Shown: piece by piece, positions 51,712 to 64,000 of the stretch | Layout of the letters: each line of letters begins with the position of its first letter | How positions within the stretch are numbered: position 1 is the stretch's first letter | Origin: Octopus vulgaris | Taxonomy: Eukaryota | Reading direction: 5' to 3' | DNA length: 64,000 bases | NCBI GenBank assembly: GCA_951406725.2 | Contig: OX597839.1 | Coordinates: forward strand, 18,166,001 to 18,230,000 | Made by a program: the position numbers and the translations under genes | Notes under the pieces: generated by a model | Seen by the model: the letters and a program-made list of their open reading frames with translations, nothing else | Told to the model about the DNA's origin: nothing | Databases searched by the model: none

Positions 51712-52150
51712 TCTTTTGGGAAGCCTTTTCTCTATTGTGAGGCAATAATTTGCATGCAAGAGCTCTTTACTTTTTCTTTTGTGGGGTGAGAGTCAAACGG
51801 AAAAATAATAACCATTTACTCCACCCCTTGTGTCAATGTCTGTCCATCTGTCCCCACCTGGCTTTCTCTCTCTCTCTCTCTTTTGTCTCTTTTCCTCCCT
51901 CTCCTTTCGTCTTCTCTCCTCTTCCCGCTCCCTTTGCTCCAGCTCTGTCTCTCCTCTCACTTTCCTCTCCCTTTCATTCTCATTGTTATCCTTAACCTCC
52001 ATTGCTAGCTTTTGAAAAGCTGAGGCAGAGAGGGAGTTCACCTTCTCTGTATCGTGTTTGTTGTTGTTGTTGTCACTGTTAATATTGTTGTTGTGATTGT
52101 TCTTGTTATTCTTGTTTTCAATTTTTCATTTTCAACTCCTGTCCATTCTT

Positions 52151-52183
<33 letters not shown>

Positions 52184-53962
52184 CCTATTAATGGCCCTCT
52201 TTTTCACTTCTTCCTTTTCTCCCTCTATCATGGTGTGTATGTATGTGCAAGAGTTCAAGTTTGTATGTTTGCATGTAAGAGTATGCATGTATGTGTGTGT
52301 ACGTGTGCATCTATTCAGGTATTACAGTGCATGTGCATATACTTATGTGTGTGCAGGAGTATGTATTTTCGTATCTGTCACTCTGTGTGTGTGTGTGTGC
52401 ATATCTTCGGTGAGTATGCGTACATGTAATAAAAGAATTCAGGAGTGTGTGTGTGTTCAGGTATTTTAGTACATATGTATATACTTATGTATGTGCAGGA
52501 GAGTGTATGTTTGTATACGTGACTGTGTGTGTATATGTTGAAGTATGTGTATGTTTGTGTGTGTGTGTGTGTGTGTGTATGTTCCGCTGTGTACATACAT
52601 CTAATGAAAGTATTCAGGAATATGTGTGTATGTATGTATGTATGTGTTCAGGAGTGTATGTTTGCATGTTAGTATATATATATATATATGGGTAGTGTGT
52701 GTATTCAGGTATTTTGGTGCATGTGTGTGAACTTATGTGTGCTCAGAAATGTATGTGTGTGTGTTCAGGTATGCCTATGCACACATATGAAATAATGCAT
52801 TTGGCAGTGTATGTTTGTATGTATATATTCAGGTATGTATATATTCAGGTATGTTTATGCACATCTGAATGCGTATGTTTCCAGGAATGTATAAGTGTAG
52901 CTGTGTGCGTGTAACAGTGTGTGTGGGTGTATTCATATTCCTATGAAAGGTACAGAGAATGTGTATGATGGTAACTGTATGTGTATGATGGTAACTGTGT
53001 GTGTATGTGTATGTGTGTGTTGGTATTTGTTTTCACATATGCAGACAATTTTCAGAATTTGCTGCCACTCCCTGTCATTTAAATACCATTTTCAGGAGAA
53101 CTTTTGTAGTGATGGTAATGGGGAGGGTGTCAGGTGCTTGTCTATCTCTTTGTTGGGTTGGTGGGTCACATCTTTCTGTGGATTTAGCAGAGATGGGTGG
53201 TGGGGAATGGCCTCATTTTGTATTTTGTAAACAATTTTCTCCTTTTTAAGGTGTTAGCTTAAATAGTTGTCATTGTATTGCTGTGTGTATGTGTATAATA
53301 TATATATATATGTGTATGTATGTATGTATGTATGACTTTGTGTTTATTTGTGTAGGTATGTGGATGTATTAAGGTGTAAGCTTAAATATTGGTAATGTTT
53401 GTGTGTGTGTGTGTGTGACTGGGTGTGTATGTGTGTGTAGTGTGTGTGTGTGTGTGTGTGTATGTGTGTGTGTGTGTGTATTTGTGTGAGTATATATATG
53501 TGCATAAGTATGTGTTTGTGAGGGTGTATATTTATATGCATAGATATGTATGTGTGTGCATATATAAAGGCATGGTAAGAAGCTTGCTTCCCCACCACAC
53601 GGTTCCGGTTTCAGTCCCACTGTGGCAACTTGGGAAAGTGTCTTCTACTATAGCTTCGGGCTGACCAAAGCCTTGTGAGTGGAATTGTTAGGCGGAAACT
53701 GAAAGAAGCCCACCGTGTATATCATTATCATCGTCATTTAACGTCTGTTGTCCATGCAATCATAGGTTGGACAATTTGACTGGGCTAGCACACTGGAAGG
53801 GTGCACCAGACTCCAGTCTGATTTGACATGGTTTTCTATGGCTGGATGCCCTTCAAGCATGACATGATGCCAGAAGTCTTGATCATTGCCTCCGTGAGGC
53901 CCAACACTTGTAAGAAACTCAGAGTCTTTGCCTCTGTGACGCCTATATATATATATATATAG

Positions 53963-54265
53963 AGAATACAGTGTACGTTCAAACACAAAAGAGATACCCG
54001 AAGAATAGGATATCTGACTCACTAGAAAGTGATTGGAATATTTTCCAATCACTTTCGGAATTACAACAATTGGTGGCTTGGAGTTTTAACTGCTCTTTCT
54101 AGTGAGTCAGATATCCTATTCTTCGGGTATCTCTTTTTGTGTTTGAACGTACACTGTATTCTTCTTTGAATAATATATAGTCTATTGACTAATTTTTTCC
54201 TTCTCGCTAGACCACTGGTAACTAAGAAGTTTTCAATGAATATTCTTGCTACCCTAAGATTTAAA
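53963..54265. repeat. (TA)n-embedded fold-back element with nested inner hairpin
   Basis: Arms 53963-54029 / 54095-54162 (one-base indel); inner 14-bp stem 54025-54038 / 54043-54056; tail to ~54265. Confidence 0.9.
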
Positions 54266-54839
54266 TATATATATATATACACATATACACATTTATGTGT
54301 GTGTTTTTTTTTGTGCTTGTGTTTGAGTCCCTCACATTGCATGACAACCTATAACTTAGCGGCTTGGCAAAAGAGACCAATACAATAAGTCCTGGGGTCA
54401 ATTTCTTCAGTTAAAACCCTTTAAGGCAATGCTCCAGCATGGCCACAGCCAAATGACTGAAGTGTGTCAAAGAATAACAATTATGGATTAAATATTTTGA
54501 CTCACTCTTGGAATTATGTTTGAGTTCTTTATTCTTAGTGATCAGATCTAACTCGTTTGAAACTTGTTACTCCTCTGGAATATTTTCTGTATGAATGTTT
54601 ACATTGCTCATCCTTACATGAAAGCATTGAACAAAGAACTGTGACATTATGTTGATATTGCCTGTCAGCAAACTGTTCTCTGACTCTACACTTTCTGCTT
54701 TCCAAAGATAAACGGAATCAAAACAAATCCCTTATTTGAAAAACAGGTAAGGCTTATTGAGTGACAAGAATAGCATCCAGATGTAAAAACAATGATTTCG
54801 TGTATTATACCAGGTTTGATCAAGAATGACGTTGAGACT

Positions 54840-54853
54840 GTTGCTATAGTAAC
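54840..54853. promoter_or_regulatory. Second candidate RFX X-box
   Basis: GTTGCTATAGTAAC fits the same motif. Confidence 0.4.
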
Positions 54854-54929
54854 GGGGCTACACAGAGTGAAGCTGCCTGGGACAAATTGGCTTTCAATTC
54901 TCTTGCATATTCTTTTACGTTTTTTTCAC

Positions 54930-55332
54930 TCTTTTACTTGTTTCAGTCATTTGACTGAAGCCATGCTGGAGCACCACCTTGAAGGTTTTTAGTCAAACAA
55001 ATCGACCCCAGAACTGTTTTTTTAAAGCCTAGTACCTATTCTATCACTCTCTTTCGTCAAACCGCCAAGTTACAGGGACATAAACACAACAACACTGGTT
55101 GTCAAGCGGTGATGGAGGGACAAACACAAAGCCATACACACATAGATGTATACATATATTTATATATATATATACAATAGACATCTTTCAGTTTCTGTCT
55201 ACCAAATCCACTCACAAGGCTTTCGTCGATCTGAGGCTACAGTAGAAGACACTTGCCCAAGGTGCCATGCATTGGAACTGAACTCAGAACCATGTGGTTG
55301 GGAAAGAAGCTTCTTACCACACAGTCACGCCT
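54930..55332 (-). mobile_element. SINE family A, full-length
   Basis: Collinear reverse complement of 56921-57315. Confidence 0.85.
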
Positions 55333-55419
55333 ACATACTAGGTTATAATGTTCTTGCTCACTTCAGTTGTTTATAGCAGTATTTGGAAATCAAGTGTGTA
55401 GAATGTGATCATCTGATAA

Positions 55420-56085
55420 AAGTTCAGGTTTCAGTTGTGCAGGATCTCCTGAATTATGTCGAGGAAGACAAAACTTTTTGAAAATGGTCATAACAGGTGA
55501 GGAATGTGGGTCTATGGCTGTGACCACAAAACCAAGACAAAAATCAAATCATCAAGGAAATCTAAGAGAATGCGATGATACAACTGCTTGCTATCCCAAA
55601 AAATGAGTTCCAGGAATGCTTCCATCATTGGAAACAACACCAGATAAAGGGTGTGACCTCAGAGGGGGACTACTTCAAAGGAGATTAAATGCCAAATTGA
55701 TGTGTTGTATTTTTCTTTTTGGAAATTGTAGCTGTGCCGATGGCACGTAAGAGAACCATCCGAATGTGGCCGTTGCCAGCGCCGCCCTTACTGGCCTTCG
55801 TGCCGGTGGCACGTAAAATGCACCATCCGATTGTGGCCGTTGCCAGCCTCATCTGGCACCTGTACAGGTGGCACGTAAAAAGCACCCACTACACTCACGG
55901 AGTGGTTGGCATTAGGAAGGGCATCCAGCCATAGAAACACTGCCAGATCAGACTGGGCCTGGTGCAGCCTTCTGGCTTCCCAGACCCCAGTTGAACCATC
56001 CAACCCATGCTAGCATGGAAAACGGACGTTAAACGATGATTATGATGATAGCAACATTGCCAATACTTTTTGATCAGACCTCATA
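55420..56085 (+). pseudogene. Internally deleted mariner transposase remnant, with SINE C inserted at ~55720-56048
   Basis: Frameshifted pieces read VQDLLNYVEEDKTF/KMVITGEE/WVYGCDHKTK and QLLAIPKNEFQECFHHWKQHQIKGVTSEGDYFKGD*; right TIR-like caatactttttgatcagacctcata at ~56061-56085. Confidence 0.8.
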
Positions 56086-56613
56086 TGTATAATAAGTGTC
56101 CATCTGACCCATGCTAGCATTAAAAAACAGACATAACAATAAAATCAAACAAATACCCACACAGTGATTCAAATGTTGGATTGTCATCCCGTCACAGAAG
56201 CCAACCACCACATGCCACACTGAATTAGCTAACTTGAGAATTGTAACAATGGTGCAATTCTCTAAAGATTACTTAGCTAATTACATCATAATTGAATTAA
56301 TAGGTAGTCTTGTTAATCAAACAACTAGAACACTCTTCTTTACAAAGTGACAGAGGATCGATCCATCTCCTTACTTGTGTTTATTTATTTAGTCGTGTGT
56401 GCCTCTCTTTGTATGGCTGTGTGTAGTAGTTTCGTGTGTTCACAGCAATATTTGCCTCATTCCTAATTCTCTTTATTCACGTCTTGTTGCTCCACTGGGG
56501 TTTGCATGCATCCATAACTGGGTATGATACGTTTTGGTGCCGCCAATTCAATACTGACTTATGTGATATCAGATAGACATTTTCATACATCTCTCTCTCT
56601 CTCTCTCTCTTAT

Positions 56614-56842
56614 TTAACCCTTTAGCATTTAAACCGGCCATATCCGGCCAAAAGTATTCTGCCTGTTTTATGTTCGAACTGGCCAGATCTGGTCTCTCAC
56701 ACCAACCCAACAATATCGTTTAAAAAATGAACAGCTACTTCATCAAAATCTCATAACTACAAGATAATGCATGATTAATTCAAAACAATGTAGATGAAGA
56801 AGCATTAATTTTGGCAGAATAATGCGAACACTAAAGGGTTAA
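56614..56842. mobile_element. piggyBac-type MITE E, best-preserved copy
   Basis: TTAA-ccctttag...ctaaaggg-TTAA; highly similar to 46008-46236. Confidence 0.9.
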
Positions 56843-56920
56843 AGGAATAGGTTGAATTTTTGCAGTTAATAAATTATATTAATGGCACATCTCCAATTTC
56901 TGAATTTTAATTAATATATA

Positions 56921-57091
56921 GGCGCAGGAGTGGGTGTGTGGTAAGTAGCTTGCTAACCAACCACATGGTCCTGTGTTCAGTCCCACTGCGTGGCATCTTG
57001 GGCAAGTGTCTTCTACTATAGCCTCGGGCCGACCAAAGCCTTGTGAGTGGATTTGGTAGACGGAAACTGAAAGAAGCCTGTCGTATATATG

Positions 57092-57122
<31 letters not shown>

Positions 57123-57314
57123 CTGTGTTTGTCCCCCTAGCATTGCTTGACAACCAATGCTGGTGTGTTTACGTCCCTGTCACTTAGCAGTTCAGCAAAA
57201 GAGACCGATAGAATAAGTACTGGGCTTACAAAGAATAAGCCCCAGGGTCGATTTGCTCGACTAAAGGTGGTGCTCTCACATGGCCGCAGTCAAATGACTG
57301 AAACAAGTAAAAGA

Positions 57315-57315
<1 letters not shown>
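56921..57315 (+). mobile_element. SINE family A, best-preserved full-length copy (tRNA-like head, CORE-like segment, internal microsatellite)
   Basis: ggcgcaggagtgg...gttcagtccc head; cttgggcaagtgtctt resembles the MIR/CORE motif; more than 20 homologous fragments in the window; resembles octopus tRNA-derived SINEs. Confidence 0.9.
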
Positions 57316-57360
<45 letters not shown>

Positions 57361-58195
57361 GTGTGTGTATATTATATATAAATGGTGTTTATTTTCCTCT
57401 TTTCGTTATATGTATGTGCATGTGTGTTTTTCCTTCCACCACCACCAGTGCTGGTTTGTTTTCATCCCCATAACTTAGCAGATCAGCAAAACTGACTGAT
57501 AGAATAAGTACAGGGTTCAATAAATTCAACTAAAAATTCTTCAAGGCGGTGTCCAAGCATGGCCACAGTCTAATGACTGTAACTTGTAAAAAAATAAAAG
57601 ATCCACACACACATCACACACACACACGTCACACACATACACACATCACTCACACACTTCACACACACACATCGCACACATACGTCACACATATCACACA
57701 CACATCATACATACATCACACATATCACACATACATCATACACACACACACATACATCATACACACATACACATACATCACTCACACACCTACATCATAC
57801 ACACATACATCACTCACACACACATCACACATACACACATATTGCACACACACACACACATTACACAGACTCTCATACACTGTTACTCAGCAATGCCATA
57901 TGACGGAGGCAGTTTAATCTCCATCTCCATTATTTTGCAGTATTCCACGCATTATCGCCATTGACCTCACAGCATGTCCGATTACCAACTTAGCACCTCA
58001 CCATTCAATACATTAAACTTGAAAGGCCATCAGATACCAAATGTGTCGACATTTACTCTGTTGCATGCATTAAATTAGTGCTATTATGGTTTAATATATT
58101 GGTTATCATTTACTGTTATGTTTAATAATTCATATTAATGGTTTTAGTCCGTCTAACTTATCCACCCAGACAGCTTGTGTATTTTAATATATAGC

Positions 58196-58237
<42 letters not shown>

Positions 58238-58365
58238 ATGGATGGATTAAAGTATAAATGAAAAAGCAAACATTTGGCACCACTTGAAAAGGATATTTAA
58301 TTTAGATGGAAAATATAAACATATAGTCTCTTGTGTGTGTGTGTGTGTGTGTGTGTGTATTATTA

Positions 58366-58716
58366 TCATCATCATTTAATGTCCGTTTTCCATGGTAGCA
58401 TGAGTTGGATGGTTTGACCGGAGCTGAATGGCTGTTCAGGCTTACTGTTTGTCTGTTTCTGTGTGTGTATGTGTGTCTGTGTGTGTGTGTGTGTGTGCAT
58501 CATCATCATCATCATCATCACTTAATGTCCATTTTCCATGCTGGCATGAGTTGGATGGTTTGACCGGAGCTGAATGGCTGTTCAGGCTTATTGTTTGTTT
58601 GTTTATCTGTGTGTGTGTGTGGAGAATGAGGGAGTGTTGCTTTGTGTGTGTGTGTGTGTGGAGAATGAGGGAGTGTTGCTTTGTGTGTGTGTGGAGAATG
58701 AGGGAGTGTTGCTTTT
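58366..58716. repeat. Tandem duplication of a SINE C tail fragment plus three gtgtggagaatgagggagtgttgcttt units
   Basis: gcatgagttggatggtttgaccggagctgaatggctgttcaggctta occurs twice; the 27-mer occurs three times with variable (tg)n spacers. Confidence 0.85.
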
Positions 58717-58789
58717 TGTGTGTGCATGTGTGTTTTGTGGGAGGAGGTGCTTGAGTCATACAGGCCTGGTCAGCCATCAGAGATTGAAC

Positions 58790-59015
58790 AGGGATCGACC
58801 CCTGGTAAATTGTGACATGGCTATTGTTCACAACAGAACATGTGCAACAAGTGGAAAGGTGTGCCTCTCAGTTGGAGGATTGAAAAGGCACATCGAAAGA
58901 GTCCATAACGTGGCACCTGTTCCTTCTACCAGCCAGCACAGTTGTGCATTATGCAACAGAATGTGCAAAACTTTCACCAGGCTTAAGAGTCGTACAAGGG
59001 CCTCGCATTGCATCA
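58790..59015 (+). pseudogene. Decayed double C2H2 zinc-finger fragment, probably a LINE (RTE-type) ORF C-terminus
   Basis: TCATSGKVCLSVGGLKRHIERVH...CALCNRMCKTFTRLKSRTRASH; each finger has lost one ligand; no TGEKP linker. Confidence 0.55.
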
Positions 59016-59236
59016 ATACTAATTTCAGTGATTCTTTCTTGCATTCACTTTGCTTGTATATGAGAAAGCAGCTAAGATGTGTGTATTTATGTATTTGTGT
59101 GTTTTGAAATTGGAAAAAAAAAACCCCACAAATCTTGCAATTTTATTTTAAGGTTGTCTTTACTCTCTTTGCTGATCATGTGCTTTTTCTATTGGTTGAA
59201 GAATTACCACATAATATTTGTGTGGGTACATATGTG

Positions 59237-59855
59237 AAGGCGCATGGCTTAGTGGTTAGAGTGTCGAGCATACAATCATGAGGTTGTGAGTTCGAATTCT
59301 GTACAAGATTGCGTGTTGTGTTCTTGAGCAAGACACTTTATTTCACATTGCTTCAGTTCACTCAGCTGTGGAAATGAGTTGCGACGTCACAGGTGCCAAG
59401 CTGTATTGGCCTTTGACTTACCCTTGGATAACACTGGTGGCGTGGAGAGGGGGGGGGGGGCGTATGCATGGGCAACTGCTGGTCTTCCATAAACAACCTG
59501 TTTCTTTACTACCCACAAGGGGCTAAACACAGAGGGGACAAACAAGGACAGACAAACGGATTAAGTCGATTACATCGACCCCAGTGCATAACTGGTACTT
59601 AATTTATTGACCCCAAAAGGATGAAAGCCAAATACGACCTTGACGGAATTTGAACTCAGAACTCAGACGAAATACGGCTACGCATTTCACCCAGCGTGCT
59701 AACGTTTCTGCCAGCTCGCCACCTTATTCTGCCACCTCGCTGCCTTATTCTGCCAGCTCGCTGTCTTCCATAAACAACCTTGCCTGGACTTGTGCCTGGG
59801 AAGGTAACTTTCTAGGTGCAATCCCATGGTCAGTCATGACCAAAGGGGGTCTCAG
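59237..59855 (+). mobile_element. SINE D containing an antisense SINE B (59500-59762) with 18-bp TSD
   Basis: gtcttccataaacaacct at both 59482-59499 and 59763-59780. Confidence 0.9.
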
Positions 59856-60669
59856 CAACATATGTATGTGCATAGGTATGTATGCTCATGCAAACAGACG
59901 TAGACTTGCTTAAGCTATACTTATTGATGTATGTGTGTTTGTGCAGTGTTGATTGTCAGGATCTCAGCTATGGGTTAATTAGCATATTAAGGTTTGTTGC
60001 TTACCTATGCATGTGAAAATTGAATCCAGTGGACTCTGTGGAAGAAACCTTCATGGTTCAGTAGAGGGTGAATGTGGCTGCAGCAATGTGTTGTGGAGTG
60101 TAGAGAGCAAGATGAGGAATGTAAGACATTTTGGTCATTAACCGCATCCATTTCCATCATCAGTCATCCTGACCTGAGACATCACACTACTCACACACAC
60201 ACAGTGTTTCAATGTGGTCAGTACCACTTCCCATCTGCAGGGGGTTAAATAATAATGATGATGATGATGATGACAATGATAACAGTAATGACAACAATTG
60301 GGTGTGTATATGGTTTGGTCTCTATATGTTAGAGACAGAGAATTAAAGACATAATTAGAAAAGAATTACTCATTCGGATGATCATTAATTATGCTGTCCT
60401 TGTTGTTTAGCCCTGAGTCAATTAAGATTGATCGGTGACATTCTAGATATGACTGTACCATCCTTTTATTTTTGTTATCATACTATCATTATCCAATTTG
60501 CTTTTCCTGTTTTTTTAAACGCAGCAAAATGCAATTTAACCCTTTAGCATTCACAGATTACTCTGTCGAGTGTAATGCTTATTTATTCACATCGTTTGGA
60601 GTTAATCAGGCATTATCTCATAGCTTCAAGATTTTGATGATGTGGTTCTTTTACTCTTTTATTCTTTCA

Positions 60670-60965
60670 CTCTTTTTTACTTGTTTCAATCATTTGGCTG
60701 CAGCCATGCTGGAGCATTGCCTTAAAGGGTTTTTTTTTTTTTGTCAAAGAAATCAGCCTGACTCCAGGACTTATTCTTTGTAAGCCTAGTACTTATTGTA
60801 TTGATCTCTTTTATTGAACTGCTAAGTTAAGGGGACATAAACGCATCAACATTGGTTGATGAGGCAGACAAAGACACACACAAATAAACATATACACATA
60901 TATATCATCTTCATCATTATATATCATCATCGTTTAACGTCCGCTTTCCATGCTAGCATGGGTTG

Positions 60966-61029
<64 letters not shown>

Positions 61030-61390
61030 CGGTGGCATGTAAAAGCACCCACTACACTCTCGGAGTGGTTGGCATTAGGAAGGGCATCCAGCTGTAGAAA
61101 CTCTGCCAGATCAGATTGGAGTCTGGTGCAGCTATCTGGTTCACCAGATCTCAGTCAAATCGTCCAACCCATGCTAGCATGGAAAGCGGACGTTAAATGA
61201 TGATGATGATGTATATATATATATTATATATATGACAGGCTTCTTTCAGTTTTCATCTTCCAAATCCACTCACAACACTTTGGTTGGCCTGAAGCTATGA
61301 TAGAAGGCACTTCACCAAAGTGCCACGCAGTGTAACTGAACCCAGAACCATGTGGTTGGGAAGCAAGCTTCTTACCGCACAACTGTGCCT
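60670..61390 (-). mobile_element. SINE A split by two oppositely oriented SINE C pieces and (TA)n
   Basis: A 3' part ~60670-60870; C tail (minus) ~60924-60968; C (plus) ~61030-61210; A 5' part ~61235-61390. Confidence 0.75.
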
Positions 61391-62934
61391 GTTTATTTTT
61401 AGAATGACATTGTAGGGTCAGTATAAAAGGCTGGATCTAGCTAGTTTGAACATAAAACAGGTGGTATATCTGAGGAGGATATGGCTGGTTTAACCCTTTG
61501 GCATCCAGATTTATTCACATTGTTTTGAATTAATCTTGCAATATTTCATAGCTTCAAGATTTCATTAAGGTGACTGTTTGTTTATGTTTATAATGACATT
61601 ATAGGGGTGGTGTGAGAGGCTGGATCCGGCTGGTTTCAACATAAAACTGATAGAATATTTGGGCTGGATATGGTTGGTTTCAATGAAGTGAATCCAGCAA
61701 AAAAAATGTGTAAAAGAATACGGCCACACACTTAGATAAGGTGAACAACTAGATCTAAAACTAACCTCATACCAGGGAAATAAAATGGGAACAAGGGTGG
61801 GTGCTAGTACCACCACCACACTGTCAACAATGTCGGTCCAAAAGTACAAACCCGACAACAATAAACGGTGCCAACATCCATCAATGAAACAATCATTTAA
61901 CCTTAATTTCTTTGGCCAATAAAAGCATTAATCTTGGCATTCGTTCATACATAAAATTAACTGATACTCAACACCACAATGATGATGACGACCACCACCA
62001 CTACCACCTCCACAGAGACCATCACCATCATCACCACCACCATCACCATGATTACCGTTATGATTAATACCATAACCATCACTAGAACTGTAACCATTAC
62101 TATCACCACCATGAGTACTGCTACCCCTCCCATCATCACCACAATGACTACTATTGTCATCACTACCACTGCCAGTACTACTACTACAACCAGCACCACA
62201 CTACTATTACCACCACCACCAGAACCACTACTACTATCACCACCACCACTACTATTACTACCACCACCATCACTACCACCACCACCACCACCACTACTAT
62301 TACCACGACCACTATCACCACCACTATTATCACCACCACTACCATCACCACCACTACCACTACTACTACCACGACCACTATCACCACCACTACCACTACT
62401 ACCTATCACCACCACCACCAAAAATACTACTATTACTACTACTACTTGTAAAGAGCTGTCATCTCAACTTCCTTGCTCCTACTCATTTAACTTATTTTTT
62501 ATTTGTATAGTCCTGTTTGCATGCAGCCATTCAGCCATTCATTCAAAAGAAAAACAAAAGACAGTTAAACCAGCACTAATCCTTGCCCAACGCTTTCTCC
62601 AGAGCTACAAAAGGTATTCAGTACACCACACAGTAATTAGTTGGTTAGGCTTCGCCATCCAGCTCTTTATGTTCCGAGTTCAAATTCCACTGAGGTCAAA
62701 CTTCGCATTTCATCTTTTCAAGCCCAGTTAAATACTGGTGCCAGCCAGGTGTTTATGTTCTGAGTTCAAATTCTACTCGGGCAGACTTTGTCTTTCCTCT
62801 TGTCAGCGTCAATAAAATATGTACCAGTCAAGCAGTCGGGTCAATGTAATCGACTTAATCCCACCCCTCATATTGCTAGCTGTGTGCCAAATTTGAAACT
62901 ATTATTATTACTATTATTATTATTATTATTATTA

Positions 62935-63058
62935 TAAATGTGGCACAGTATCCAATATCGTGAGGTTGTTGATGGAAGATGTGTCTACTGGGGGTTCACA
63001 ATAAGGACCTCAGACAGGCAGTACTTTACGCAATATGTGTGCAGTTCCAGTCAAAAGG
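62935..63058 (-). mobile_element. R4/Dong-clade LINE 3' fragment inside a (TAA)n tract
   Basis: Minus strand LLTGTAHILRKVLPV*; 3' UTR homologous to ~17960-18060 (gtagacaca..tcttc.atcaacaacctcacgata); (tta)n on both sides. Confidence 0.72.
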
Positions 63059-63067
63059 ATTATTATT

Positions 63068-63102
<35 letters not shown>

Positions 63103-63259
63103 TATTAAGGCAGCAAGCTGGCAGAATCATTAATAGTCCAGGCAAAATGCTTGGCAGTATTCTCTCCTGCACATTCTGAGTTCAAATTCTGACGAGGTTG
63201 ACTTTGCCTTCCATCCTTTCGGGGTCAATAAATTAAATACAGGTGAAACACTGGGGGCC

Positions 63260-63362
<103 letters not shown>

Positions 63363-63759
63363 CCACCTCACACACACATACACACAAATGCAGCACATAA
63401 TGTCTCATATATATTCACATCTTGAAGATATCTCTGTTTCTTTTCCTTAAAGGGCATGTTAGAGCCATCACATGTCATCTCTCCCTCCTCCTCTTCCACC
63501 ACCACCACCACCACCAGCAGTGCTGCTGCCACCACTAAATCTGCATCCTTCACAGTCACTGCTATAGTAACACGACCAATACTATAACCTCCTCCACCAT
63601 CACCACCTTCTATTACCATAACATCATCACCACAAAACTATCGTCATCACATTATTGCCACCACCACTACCACCACAATAATACCATCACTACCAACAAC
63701 ACACCCACCACTTCCACAACCACCATCACCACCACCACTATCACCATAATCACCACAAC

Positions 63760-64000
63760 CACCATCACCACAACCACCACCATCATCACCACCATCACCA
63801 CCACCACTATCACCATAATCACCACCATCGCCATCAACACTACTATCACCACCACCACCACCATCATCACCACCATCACCACCACCACTATCACCATAAT
63901 CACCACCATCGCCATCAACACTACTATCACCACCACCACCACCATCATCACCACCATCACCACCACCACTATCACCATCATCACCACCATCGCCATCAAC
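63760..64000. repeat. 81-bp higher-order repeat within a (CAC/CAT)n tract
   Basis: atcgccatcaac recurs at 63827, 63908 and 63989. Confidence 0.9.

Noticed and set aside
61979-62731. 250-aa Thr/Pro/Leu-rich ORF and similar His/Tyr-rich ORFs at 15774-16139 and 35767-36192
   Set aside because: Trinucleotide tracts open in several frames on both strands; the ORF runs into SINE B sequence.

Overview
AT-rich, repeat-saturated eukaryotic non-coding DNA, most likely a large intron or gene desert of an octopod cephalopod. The organism call is an inference from the SINE families and microsatellite landscape. No host protein-coding gene could be supported: the ORF track consists almost entirely of translated microsatellites and SINE fragments. 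The window holds four interspersed SINE-like families (labelled A-D here), TTAA-flanked piggyBac-type MITEs, hAT-type MITEs with 8-bp target duplications, Tc1/mariner MITEs and a mariner remnant, and 3' fragments of RTE-, R4/Dong- and probable L1/Tx1-type LINEs. The most interesting signal is a set of short elements embedded in (TA)n/(TG)n tracts that carry either minimal hammerhead-ribozyme cores or long near-perfect fold-back arms, both hallmarks of Penelope-like/retrozyme-type retroelements. Short unique islands between repeats contain candidate regulatory motifs, including two full RFX X-boxes. Repeat boundaries were read by eye and are approximate unless a TSD/TIR is quoted.
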